The notes beneath the pieces are model-generated. The model saw only the letters and a program-made list of their open reading frames with translations. It was not told the DNA's origin and made no database searches. A stretch of DNA of 64,000 bases from Octopus vulgaris (taxonomy: Eukaryota): contig OX597819.1 of NCBI GenBank assembly GCA_951406725.2, positions 74,400,001-74,464,000 on the forward strand, read 5' to 3'. Numbering within the stretch: position 1 is the first letter of the stretch; every line of letters starts with the position of its first letter. Shown piece after piece: positions 1 to 12,456 of this stretch. The translations under genes and the position numbers were made by a program.

Positions 1-350
<350 letters not shown>

Positions 351-640
351 GGAGGTGCAATGGCCCAGTGGTTAGGGCAGCGGACTCGCGGTCTCGATTC
401 CCAGACCGAGCGTTGTGTGTGTTTATTGAGCGAAAACACCTAAAAGCTCCACGAGGCTCCAGCAGGGGGTGGTGGCGACCCCTGTTGTACTCTATCGCCA
501 CAACAATCTCTCACTCTCTCTTCTTGATTCTTGAGTAACGCTGCGATGAACTGGCGTCCCGTCCAGCTGGAAGGAACACATAGGCCACAGAAACCTGGAA
601 ACCGGGCCCATGAGCTTGGCTAGGCTTGAAAAGGGCGACG
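351..640 (+). mobile_element. tRNA-derived SINE family A (head GGCGCAATGGCCCAGTGGTTAGGGCAGCGGACTCGCGG)
   Basis: A-box-like TGGCCCAGTGG and B-box-like TTCGATTCC. Related copies at about 8184-8900, 11593-11806, 11807-11937(-), 36185-36440, 36920-37230, 39289-39670 and 42680-43150. Confidence 0.85.
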
Positions 641-660
641 TTATCGTTTTATATATATAT

Positions 661-719
<59 letters not shown>

Positions 720-722
<3 letters not shown>

Positions 723-942
723 TCTCCCGAAGAGCCTGAGGAATCCTGCACAAAGTAAATGTAAGCGTTTTTAAATCAAGGCTGGACCTCTTCCTGTCGA
801 GAGTCCCAGACAAACCTACCTCACGGCAAGAGGTGCAAACTCCATTCTTCACCAAGTGCCACCTATTAGAGGAGGCTCTCAGTAATAACAGTGTAGCAAA
901 ACGGCGGTGCTCCAGCATGGCCATGGCTCTGAGCTGAAACTA
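720..942 (+). mobile_element. CR1-like LINE 3' end remnant
   Basis: Translates ...SRLDLFLSRVPDKPTSRQEV, matching the C-terminus of the CR1-like ORFs at 22398 and 54020. Ends in the GGTGCTCCAGCATGGCC...CTGAAAC tail. Confidence 0.8.
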
Positions 943-991
<49 letters not shown>

Positions 992-1075
992 GAGTTTATT
1001 ATAAGTAAATTATTATTTTAGATTATATATATTATTTATATCTTAAAAATATTGATTATATTTTAGATTTTTAAA

Positions 1076-1138
1076 CCACCTGATGAATGACTGCGACTCA
1101 AAAATTTGAAGACAGCAGGCAGGAAACGATCGTAGTGG
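1076..1138 (+). ncRNA. type-I hammerhead ribozyme motif (PLE terminal-repeat type)
   Basis: CCAC-CTGATGA-(36 nt stem II region)-GAAAC-GATC-GTA-GTGG. Stem I is CCAC/GTGG, the stem III loop GATC is palindromic, and the cleavage triplet is GUA. Confidence 0.75.
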
Positions 1139-1550
1139 GATATTAATTATATTTTTTAATAATTTTGTTACATATTTAAATAATATAAATTAATCATATG
1201 TATTGGCTTAAGTCTTTCATTGTTTGATTTGCCTAATAGTGGTTTTGTCTCTAATTTAATATAATATATATATATATATACCAGATATTGATTGATTTTT
1301 GTTACTTTTCCTCTCTGCCTGTGTGGATTGTTTTCAAGTATTTTGTTTTTTCTGGGAGTCCCTTTTTAAAGTAGAAGAAATAGCTAAGGTTTTTTTGGCT
1401 GCTATTTCTAAACTTCGGTATGTGGTAAAGCAAATCTTTGTTGAACCCTAATTATTAAGTATATATATATATGTAGGTCCCGGGTTGAGTCAGGGTTAAC
1501 CACAGTAAATAAGGTACTCAATACATAGCAGAGTAAAGTAATTTATTTTA

Positions 1551-1667
1551 TAGAAGGAGCTTCTACAGGACTAGAACTGTTTCATTCAGATGAAATCTTC
1601 AGGAAGCTCTTCAGAGCTTCCTGAAGATTTCATCTGAATGAAACAGTTCTAGTCCTGTAGAAGCTCC

Positions 1668-1672
<5 letters not shown>
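1551..1672. ncRNA. perfect 60-bp inverted repeat carrying a hammerhead motif on both strands
   Basis: Arms 1551-1610 and 1613-1672 are exact reverse complements with a 2-nt spacer. On + at 1614-1666: GAGCTTC-CTGAAGA-tttcatctgaat-GAAACAG-ttctagtc-CTGTA-GAAGCTC. Confidence 0.8.
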
Positions 1673-1741
<69 letters not shown>

Positions 1742-1745
<4 letters not shown>

Positions 1746-1990
1746 GCTGCTTTCTTGTATACGAGTAAAGCTATTGCTAGAAAGAATCACTGAAATGAGT
1801 CATTGATAATGCAATGTGAGGCCTTTATATGATTCTTGAAGCCCGGCCAATGATTTGCACATTTTATTGCAGAATGTACAGCTGTGCTGGCTGGCAATGG
1901 GAACAGGTGTCACAGTATGAATTCTTTCTATATGACTTTTTAACCCGACAACTGAAAAGCACGCCTTTCCACAGGTCGCACATGTTCTAT
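1742..1990 (-). mobile_element. RTE-like LINE 3' end with two C2H2-like fingers
   Basis: CATCGKACFSVVGLKSHIERIH...CTFCNKMCKSLAGL, then a short tail (TACTCGTATACAAGAAAGCAGCTAC) resembling the tail at 42157-42183. Confidence 0.55.
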
Positions 1991-2134
1991 TGTAATCAAT
2001 AGCCGCATCACAATATACAAACAATTGATTCCAGTGACATGTCTAATGGCTAACCAACCCTGCACCACGCAAACGTTTCCTCCCACAAATTACACACACA
2101 AAAAGCAACACTCCCTCAAGCTCCACTGGTTCAT

Positions 2135-2186
<52 letters not shown>

Positions 2187-2300
2187 GAGCTTATGTAAAT
2201 GACAAAGGAATTAGGAATTATAAAATGAATTTCATTTGCTAAAGAAGTTCATAACACAATTTCTTGTTCCATTTTTATTTACATAATCGCAAATATATGT

Positions 2301-2872
2301 ACAGTAATGCATCGATATACGAGTCAATTTGTTCCTGGAGACCGCTCGTAAAGCGGAGCAATAATTTCCCATAGTAGCAATGTTATAAATCGCAATTCAT
2401 TCCCAGAAAAATATTTTTCCAATAAACTTTATAATACTCGTAAATAAATGGCAATAAAACAGCCCTAAAATGTAAAGAATATTTTATGTAAAATAAAAGG
2501 AATGTCAAGATCTTTTATAATAAAAAATATTTTTATTATAATCGTTTTCTGCATCACTTTCACTTACACTAGACTCGCACACACCATCACTTGTAGACGC
2601 GGTCACTGATTCACAAGCACTCGTAGACAGACTCGTAGATTTCTTTTTAAAGCACTTGTAGATTTCTTTTTGAAAAAGAAGTCTAGAGTTGCTTAGAAGA
2701 AGCGTTTTTACACGGTCTATATATTTCTCGGAAACACGCACAAGCATTTGTTTTTGTCGTAGAAACTTTTGCACTTCGTTCGAAATTTGAATCTTGTGCT
2801 TCAAAAAATTTATTCTAAAATAAAACTCGTAAATCCGGGGTGTCGTAAAGCGGGTCCGCGTAAAGTAATGTA
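2301..2872. mobile_element. degenerate pogo/Tigger-like DNA transposon remnant
   Basis: TA-CAGTAATGC start and repeated CTCGTAAA/CGTAAAG motifs at both ends, resembling Tigger-type subterminal repeats. TIRs are imperfect. Confidence 0.35.
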
Positions 2873-2897
2873 TAGCTCTCCCCCCCTCTCTCTCTCT

Positions 2898-3262
2898 CTG
2901 GTAAGAAGCTTGCTTTTCAACCCACATGGTTCCGGGTTCAGTCCCAATGCATGGCACCTTGGGCAAGTATTTTCTACAATAGCCTCGGTCCAACCAAAGC
3001 CTTTTGAGTGGATTTGAGAAACGGAAAACTGGAAGAAGTCCTTCGTATGTGTGTGCGTGTGTTTGTCCCCACACTCACCATCGCTTGACAACCGATGTTA
3101 ATGTGGTTACGTCCCCGTAACTTAGTGGTTCGACAAAAGAAACCTATGGAATAAGTTACTAGACTTACAAAGAATAAGTCCTGGGGACGATTTGTTCGAC
3201 TAAAGACGGTGCTCCAGCATGGACGCAATCAAATGTCTGAAACAAGTAAAAGAATAAAAGAA
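2898..3262 (+). mobile_element. tRNA-derived SINE family B (tail GGTGCTCCAGCATGGCCGCAGTCAAATGACTGAAACAAGTAAAAGAAT)
   Basis: Copies at about 4158-4542(-), 16768/18155-18365, 28860-29275(-), 47100-47450, 47470-47842(-), 49670-50032, 60570-60695, 62690-63160 and 63780-64000(-). Confidence 0.85.
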
Positions 3263-3308
3263 TATATGAATGTATGAAAATATCTATACATACTGTATAT
3301 ATATTGTA

Positions 3309-3387
<79 letters not shown>

Positions 3388-3423
3388 TATATATATACTA
3401 TATATATATATACACTCTATATA

Positions 3424-3480
<57 letters not shown>

Positions 3481-3485
<5 letters not shown>

Positions 3486-4133
3486 GTTGTATACTGTCAA
3501 TCTAACACGAACGTGACAGTAGGGGGGTACACCACCGTTGTATAGCCCTAAGAAGCATCGACGCCTCCTGATGGCTTTGACACATTTTTCCCTGTGTCCT
3601 TATATACATTTACGAAGGGGAGACAAACACCCCCGGCCGCCGGAGCTGCATCTAGGGACACGTGTTTCAGGATCATTGTCCTTCATCGGCCTAGAGTAGC
3701 AGACACCGGTCAGCTGGCGATATTTGTCTCGACTTCCTATTGTATACATCTATAATTCAGTGAAGTCTATTCACTGATTATCAAAATAAGAAATACTAAA
3801 TTTCTAAATCTCTCGTAGAGACATGTACGGTGGTGGGGCGATTGAATGGTTGTATACTGTCAATCTAACACGAACGTGACAGTACACCGCTGTATAGCCC
3901 TAGGAAGCATCAACGCCTCCTGATGGCTTTGACACATTTTCCCTGTGTCATTATATACATTTACGAAGGGGAGACAAACACCCCCGGCCGCCGGACACGT
4001 GTTTCAGGATCATTGTCCTTCATCGGCCACCGTACATGTCTCTACGAGAGATTTAGATTGACAGTATACAGCCATTCAATCGCCCCACCACCGTACATGA
4101 CTCTATGAGAGATTTAGAAATTTAGTATTTCTT
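3481..4133 (-). mobile_element. PLE-type terminal-repeat remnant: 363-bp partial tandem plus inverted segment
   Basis: 3481-3690 repeats at 3844-4027, and 3786-3864 is inverted at 4058-4133. Flanked by (TA)n and contains hammerhead motifs. Confidence 0.65.
3651..3695 (-). ncRNA. minimal hammerhead motif, CCGAUGA core variant
   Basis: Minus strand: TCTAGG-CCGATGA-AGGA-caatga-TCCT-GAAAC-ACGT-GTC-CCTAGA. A second copy at 3994-4026 lacks stem I. Confidence 0.75.
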
Positions 4134-4540
4134 ATATATATATATATATATATATATATTCTTTTACTCTTTTACTTGTTTCAGTCATTTGACTGCGGCC
4201 ATGCTGGAGCACCGCCTTTAATCGAGCAACTCGACCCCGGGACTTATTCTTTTATTCTATCGGTCTCCTTTGCCGAACCGCTAAGTAACGGGGACATAAA
4301 CACACCGGTTGCATCGGTTGTCAAGCAATGCTAGGGGGACAAACACAGACACACAAACACACATACATATATATATACATATATACGACAGGCTTCTTTC
4401 AGTTTCCGTCTACCAAATCCACTCACAAGGCATTGGTCGGCCCGGGGCTATAGCAGAAGACACTTGCCCAAGATGCCACGCAGTGGGACTGAACCCGGAA
4501 CCATGTGGTTGGTTAGCAAGCTACTTACCACACAGCCACT

Positions 4541-4654
<114 letters not shown>

Positions 4655-4665
4655 CACACACATAT

Positions 4666-4718
<53 letters not shown>

Positions 4719-5430
4719 TACATATACTGTATAATCGGCATTGAGATCCTCATCATCAACATAGGTGATCGATCATTTACGTAAGTTGTCTGTTAAAACT
4801 ATATTTTGTATTGTTATCCAGCAGCAGCAGTAGCAGTAGCAGCGGCCCCAGCAGCTGCAAACGTGGTAGTTTTTATAGTCTAGCCATGAGAGAGAAAGAC
4901 ATTGGGGGGGGAGAAGGATGAGAGGGGAGGCTTTGATCACAGACTTTCCTGTCGTGCCCCATCTTTTCCTGCACCCTTTTACATTTCACGTATACAGTTT
5001 ATCGTGGACTACATTATTCAATGTGCCCCTCGCTTTTTAAAAACGGTCGCCAGAGATATGAAGGGGTAGCGGGTGCCTGTAGGGCAGATTTTGTAAAGGA
5101 GGAGAAGGAAGAGGCTTCTTTAGAAATGCACCACCACCACTACGATGTAGTTGAGTCATAGGTTTAGGAACGCCCTCCACCTACGACCCCGTTCCATCAT
5201 AGAGCGCCCTCCACCTACGACCCTGTTCCATCATAGAGCGCCCCCTGCTGGAAAAACAAACTAATGGAACGTCAAGTTTATAAAATCATGCGCCCAAGGA
5301 CTCGATTCCCACCCAGCAACATTAAATGTCATGAATAGATTAACGAAATGATTGTTTGGCATACTTTTACTTGAGTTTGTTCTAGTTGCAGAAACCAGGC
5401 GCGTGTGCGTTTGAATGCACCTGTGTATGC

Positions 5431-5493
<63 letters not shown>

Positions 5494-5599
5494 TAGAGGA
5501 GTCCGTCAACTGATTTCAAATTTGTATTCAGAACCATCGAGGATTGCTGCATCACTGCAGTAGAGATGTCTTCGTTTATTAGTTAGTTAGTTAGTTAGT

Positions 5600-5654
<55 letters not shown>

Positions 5655-5655
<1 letters not shown>

Positions 5656-5842
5656 CCAAGCGGTATTTCGTCTGCCGTTAAGCTCTGAGTTCAAATTCCG
5701 CTGAAATCGACTTTGTCTTTTATCCTTTTGAGGTCGATTAAATAAGTACCAGTTACGCACTGATGTCGATGAAATCGACTTAATCCCTTTGTCTGTCCAT
5801 GTTTATACTCTCTATGTTTAGCCCCAGTGGGCAATAAAGAAT
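5655..5842 (+). mobile_element. SINE family C (core GAGGTCGACTTTGCCTTTCATCCTTTCGGGGTCGATAAATTAAGTACCAG)
   Basis: Copies at about 6902-7085(-), 9478-9912(-), 10132-10350, 13775-13905, 15650-15992, 16338-16552(-), 21250-21478, 37325-37515(-), 39890-40478(-), 42875-43092(-), 43260-43402, 46712-46928(-), 52238-52460(-), 57278-57490 and 60185-60400(-). Confidence 0.85.
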
Positions 5843-5974
5843 TAAACATTTCTATTCCTATCAAAAGCACCCTTCCATCTGCTTGATTCTGGGTTCAGTT
5901 TTATAGACGACAGAGTTTCTTTTTGCTGTACACCTTGTATACTAAAAAAAAAAAAGATCTTCGTAGGTAGGCAC

Positions 5975-6340
5975 ATGACTGAAACAGAGGCAGGATGCTT
6001 CTGCAGTGGCAACAACACATGTCTGCTTAACAGCCAATGTAACACAGGGACCGATGTCAATGGATCCCAGAGGCAGATGGATGTGTGGAAACATACAACA
6101 ACAGAAGATCCCTTTACTATTAGATATAACAATCATAATTACCCCTTTAATATCCAGGAGAGGAGAACGGTCATAGCCTAGTTAAGCACAAAATATAACG
6201 CCACAGATTACAACATTAAGTGGAGAACATTAGAGAGATGTAGGCTTTACTTAAATAACAGTAGGAGATGCAGGCTCCACTTGACAGAGAAAAGAATTGT
6301 TAAAGTACTCTCTTTACTCAGATGCCTGCATAAACTGTAA
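5975..6340 (+). pseudogene. decayed PLE GIY-YIG endonuclease fragment
   Basis: GCFCSGNNTCLLNSQC...EDPFTIRYNNH...YNIKWRTLER...RCRLHLTEKR...CLHK across frames, parallel to the ORF at 35447-35790. Confidence 0.55.
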
Positions 6341-7151
6341 AAGTGAAATTTTCCTCTCCAGTCCACATGAACGGAGATATATACCTGGATATTAGCAGAC
6401 CGCACTATGAATATAACCGTTAGAACTTCCACCATCAATAATTCCCATCCCCACACACAGCATATTACATACACGCACACACAAACACACAAACCACCTT
6501 CCCTCATCCCCACTTTCTTCCTCCTTTCACGCACATCTTCCCCATTCTGCTTGCATCCCAGCCCCAAACCTGCTCTGTCGGCATTTACCACTTACAGTGG
6601 TGGGACTATCTGATTTTCATCCAAGGGGCATAACTCTAAAATGATTCCATTCTGAGCTTGAAGCCATTTCGGTTTCTTCATTGTTTTTTGGGGTTTTTTT
6701 TCGTTTTTTTTTTCACGACCCACACCAACCGGATGTGACACTTTCGGACGCTTAATAGCATAGCAATATGGCCATACTCTCGCAGCAATACCTCCTTACG
6801 AATGCCGATTCCCTCTACTTCCACCCAAAACTCTCGTGAACGAAACCGATTGACAAATTCAACCGAAATGGATCTGCTGTACTGAATTGTATAGATATTA
6901 CTTTCAAAATCTTGCCTTAAAGCCAGTCATTCCGGGTGGGAGATGGGTAAGTGGATTACATTGCCCCCAGTACTCAACTGGTACATATTTTATCGACCTA
7001 GAAAGGATGAAATACAAAATCGACCTCAGTGAAATTTGAAATAAGAACGTAAGGACGCACGAAATGTCTCTGAGCATTTTGCCTTCAAGCACCAGTTGAT
7101 GGAATATGGTCCTAGCTACGTTAAGGACGTGTATGTAAGTGTGTGTGTGTG

Positions 7152-7243
<92 letters not shown>

Positions 7244-7503
7244 AACACACTTACATACACGTCCTTAACGTATAGGACCATATATATATATATATATATA
7301 TATGACGTGGGTCATGTATTAGCATGTATATATATATATATGAAAGGATATATAAAATATCCCGGAAACAGCCGAAAGACTTTTTCTTTATAAATGTTCT
7401 GAAAACTATTTACAGCCTTGGGTATTTTTAATCTCATTCTGTCAATTTATATGTGTGTGTGTGTGTGTGTATGTGTGTGTGCGCGTGTATGTGTATTAAT
7501 ATA

Positions 7504-7570
<67 letters not shown>

Positions 7571-7593
7571 ATGTGTATTAATATATATATATA

Positions 7594-7648
<55 letters not shown>

Positions 7649-7691
7649 ATGTATATATGTATGTGTATTAATATATATATATATCTATCTA

Positions 7692-7742
<51 letters not shown>

Positions 7743-7783
7743 GTATATACGTGTGTGTGTATGTGTATTAATATATATATATA

Positions 7784-7842
<59 letters not shown>

Positions 7843-7885
7843 ATGTATATATGTGTGTGTGTATGTGTATTAATATATATATATA

Positions 7886-7940
<55 letters not shown>

Positions 7941-7987
7941 ATGTATATATGTGTGTGTGTATCTGTATTAATATATATATATATATA

Positions 7988-8026
<39 letters not shown>

Positions 8027-8070
8027 ATATATCGTGTGTGTGTATGTGTATTAATATATATATATATCTA

Positions 8071-8125
<55 letters not shown>

Positions 8126-8139
8126 ATATGTATATATCA

Positions 8140-8174
<35 letters not shown>

Positions 8175-10880
8175 TGTATATGTGGGGGCGCAATGGCCCA
8201 GTGGTTAGGGCAGCGGACTCGCGGTTGTAGGATCGCGGTTTCGGTTCACAGACCGGGCATATATATTAATATATATACATATATTAACATATATATATAT
8301 ACATATGTTGCGCCTATGTATATATATATATATTTGTGTGTATAAGTATGCGCACGTACGCACGCGCGCACGCGCACATACACTGAGTTAGACTTCGATT
8401 ATCTGAACGGAGTGCTGGGTGTGGTGTTTATTGTTCAGAAAGCGTATCTAATCTTGAAGAAAAGAAGCCACAGTGAACAGCGTAATATTAAATAAACAAA
8501 TCCATGTTTACAGTTTTTTTATGTGAGCCAAGCTAGACATGATGTTTGACAAAAGTAGATATTGTTTAAACATTGATGATGTTTGACAAAAGAATTCGCG
8601 TTGTGACCATGTCGTTGAAAGGACAAAAATATGGAGCTTGAAAATTCGATTCCCAGGCCGGGCATTGTGAGTGTTTATTGAGCGAAAACACCTCAAGCTC
8701 CACGCGGCTCCGGCAGGGAGGGGTGGCGATCCCTGCTGTACTCTTTCGCCACACCTTTCTCTCACTCTTTCTTCTGTTGGCCTGCTCGCTTAGCCAGCGG
8801 GGTGGCGTCATTTGAAGGCTAAAACAATGCGAAGTGCATTGTGACCAGCGATGTGTAGCAACATCTGATAGCCTGGTCGGTCACGGTGATCACGGTGATA
8901 TACATAAATAAATATGTATATATTAAGATATATACATATATTAACATATATATATATATATATGAATTTATACAAACACATTTATATACTTATATATACA
9001 TAGTTTGCGCCTATGTATATATATATATATATATATTTGTGTGTATAAGTATGCGCACGTACACACGCGCGCGCGCACAAACTTAGACTTCGATTATCTG
9101 AACGGAGTGCTGGGCGTGGTTTCTTTTTTCAGAAAGCGTATCTAATCTTAAAGAAAAGAAGCCATAGTAAAGTGTAATATTAAATTAGCAAATCCATGTT
9201 TACAGAGTTTTTTATGTGAGCCAAGCTAGACATGATGTTTAACAAAAGTGGATATTGTTTAAACATTGATGGTGTTTGACAAAAGAATTTGCCTTGTTAT
9301 TTCGTCGAAAGGACAAAAATATGGAGCTTGAAAATTCAAAGAAAAGGAGTTCGATTACAAAATTGCTCGGAGGTCGTTGAATGACTGCGGACCGTCTGAG
9401 AAATGAACCCTTGCAAGGTAGGGTGACTGTTGCAGCGAGTGTCACTAGCCATTCTCCATGGCAACGCTTTTATAGTCCTTTTCTTTTCTACCATAGGCAC
9501 AAGGCCCGAAATTTTGGTGGAGGGGTTCAATTGATTAGATCGATCCCAGTACGCAACTGGTACTTAATTTATCGACCCCGAAGGATGAAAGGCAAAGTCG
9601 ACCTCGGCGGAATTTGAACTGGGAACGTAAAGACAGGCGAAATACCACAAAGCATTTCGCCCAGCATGCTAACGTTTCTTATTTCTTTACTGCCCACAAG
9701 GGGCTAAACATAGAGGGGTCAAACAAGGACAGACAAAGGGATTAAGTCGATTACATCGGCCCCAGTGCGTAATTGGTACTTATTTAAAGGACCCCGAAAG
9801 GATGAAGGCAAAGTCGACCTCGGCGGAATTTGAACTCAGGACGTAGCGGCCGACGAAATACTGCTAAGCATTTTGCCCGGCGTGCTAACGATTCTGCCAG
9901 ATCGCCGCCTTAACGCTTTTAAAATCATGTCCACGAGCTGCAGGTAAATACACCATTTGTTTTGAGGTGAACAACCCGTTGCTCTCTCTCCCTTATCTTT
10001 TGCTACATAACTCCCTTCCTTGGCCCCGCTTTATTATTTTTTTGTTTGTTTCCTAGTTGAGGTATTTATGGATGTTTTTTCCCGATAATTTGTTCCTTTC
10101 TACTGTTCCTGTAAAATACGTCGTTAATAAAAAGTGGCGAGCTAACAGAATCGTTAGCATACCGGACAAAACACTGAGCGGCATTTCGCCGGTCTTTCCA
10201 TTCTGGGTTCCAACTCTGCCAAGGTCGACTTTGCCTTGCACCGTTTCGGTGTCGATAACATAAGTACCAGTTATGCACTGACGTCAATGTAATCAACTTG
10301 CCCTCCCCTCCTCCGAAATTGCTGGCCTTGTGCTAAAACTTGAAAGGAATATTATTTGTATGTTTTCCATAAAATATAAAATTCGTCTTACAACGTCTGT
10401 CTGTCCCTTGTTTCTACAAAGAGCCTGTTTGTCCCAATAAATCTATAAATCCTTTTTTTCAATCTACGCTGTATTTTCACAAACAAAACATTCATTCACT
10501 GCTGTTTTGGGGTGTTTGTGGTTTCCTGGCCAACGATTTCACATTTGGCGACAAGGCAGCACCTTAACAACAGTGACATCGTCCTCTACTCAAAGCAATG
10601 CCATAGAAACCAGTAAACCATTGTAAATGGCAACACAGGTTGTCGGGACATGATCCCCCTTACCATCCGCAACGTCCGTACTTTCTCGTATTTTCATAGA
10701 TTTTCTTTGTAATCGGATCTTAATTGATAAATTTCTCAGTCACAGCTCTTGTCTTCTCGATTTCGGACACAATTGCTGTTCTAATGTTGTACTCTTCTAC
10801 AATCTTCGATATTTAGGATTACTGTTACGATCTATAAGATAGGCTCCCATGCAGTTTCCGTTAACCGAGTTTCCCTCGAA

Positions 10881-11137
10881 TTTATTGACTCTTGTCAATG
10901 AGATGTATCTATGAGAAGCTCTCTGAACAAACTAACTAAAGCTTATAGCTTTATATATATTTGTAATTATATGTAAACACTGCTTTGCGCCATCATTCCG
11001 ATATTTTTCTCGATCGGGCGATCTACTAACGCAAATCAGTCAATGTGTTGGCAGGATTTTAAATAAAGCTATAAGCTTTATTTAGTTCGATCAGCGTTTC
11101 GTTTCTTAGGTACGTTTCATTGACATGAGTCAATAAA
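10881..11137. repeat. imperfect inverted repeat (about 73-bp arms), MITE-like
   Basis: TTTATTGACTC...AAAGCTTATAGCTTTAT (10881-10953) versus ATAAAGCTATAAGCTTT...GAGTCAATAAA (11063-11137). Confidence 0.7.
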
Positions 11138-11325
11138 CTGTCTGAGATTTCCAGGAGAGGGCGACGCTGAACGAACGGGGTGTTTTCACACCTTTTAACC
11201 ATATGAGAGATTTTTCTCCACTGTAACTGCAGTGTATTTGCCTTTAGCAGTTGAAATATGTGACAAACATATTACAACTAACCTAAATTGTGACTATACG
11301 TAAACACTGCTTTGCGCCATCACTC

Positions 11326-11398
<73 letters not shown>

Positions 11399-11497
11399 CT
11401 GTCAATTTATATGTGTGTGTGTGTGTGTGTGCGTGTATGTGTATTAATATATATATATCATATATATATATATATATCATATATATATATATATATC

Positions 11498-11555
<58 letters not shown>

Positions 11556-11941
11556 CAATATATATATATGTATATATATATATGTATATGTGGGGGCGCA
11601 ATGGCCCAGTGGTTAGGGCAGCGGACTCGCGGTCGTAGGATCGCGGTTTCGATTCCCAGACCGGGCGTTGTGAGTGTTTATTGAGCGAAAACACCTAAAG
11701 CTCCACGAGGCTCCGGCAGATATGGTGGTGATCCCTGCTGTACTCTTTCACCACAACTTTCTCTCACTCTTACTTCCTGTTTCTGTTGTACCTGTATTTC
11801 AAAGGGTAAGAGTGAGAGAAAGGTGTGGTGAAAGAGTACAGCAGGGATCACCACCATCTCTGCCGGAGCCTCGTGGAGCTTTAGGTGTTTTCGCTCAATA
11901 AACACTCACAATGCCCGGTCTGGGCCATTGCGCCCCCACAT

Positions 11942-11985
<44 letters not shown>

Positions 11986-11995
11986 ATATACATAT

Positions 11996-12063
<68 letters not shown>

Positions 12064-12411
12064 AACATACACGCGCACGCACACACACACACACACACAT
12101 ATAAATTGACAGAATATAACGAACACCCACCATGAGTCATCACAATTGCTTAAGGTAAAAATGAATTCCTCGCACTTTCGGAAACATCAATCTTCTGTAT
12201 TGACTGCTTTCCACCACTTTGATCTGTTTTTTGTATTGAATACGTATCGCCACCGTGGGCCACTGCATCGAACACTTTGAACATATAGCATGAATGAACT
12301 TACTTCAAACTATATATCAACTATACATGAACTCTAAGATGTCTGACTCCGTTGTGTATTATAAATGAATTTCTTGTGTTTGACGGCATGAGCTGTCTTT
12401 TTATATATATA

Positions 12412-12456
12412 ATTTTTTTGATAAGGTTCATTTCAGGAACTGAAACATGTTATAAT
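12412..12456 (+). ncRNA. hammerhead-like motif with UUGAUAA (U3-A8) core and weak stem I
   Basis: TTGATAA-GGTTC-atttcag-GAACT-GAAAC-AT-GTT-ataat. Palindromic ACATGT stem III; stem I has a mismatch. Confidence 0.5.

Noticed and set aside
1800-2024. Host C2H2 zinc-finger gene
   Set aside because: No TGEKP linkers, frameshifted, and followed by a LINE-like tail and microsatellite.
11593-11670. tRNA genes at SINE heads
   Set aside because: The tRNA-like A/B boxes continue into SINE bodies, there is no complete cloverleaf with terminator, and the copies are dispersed.
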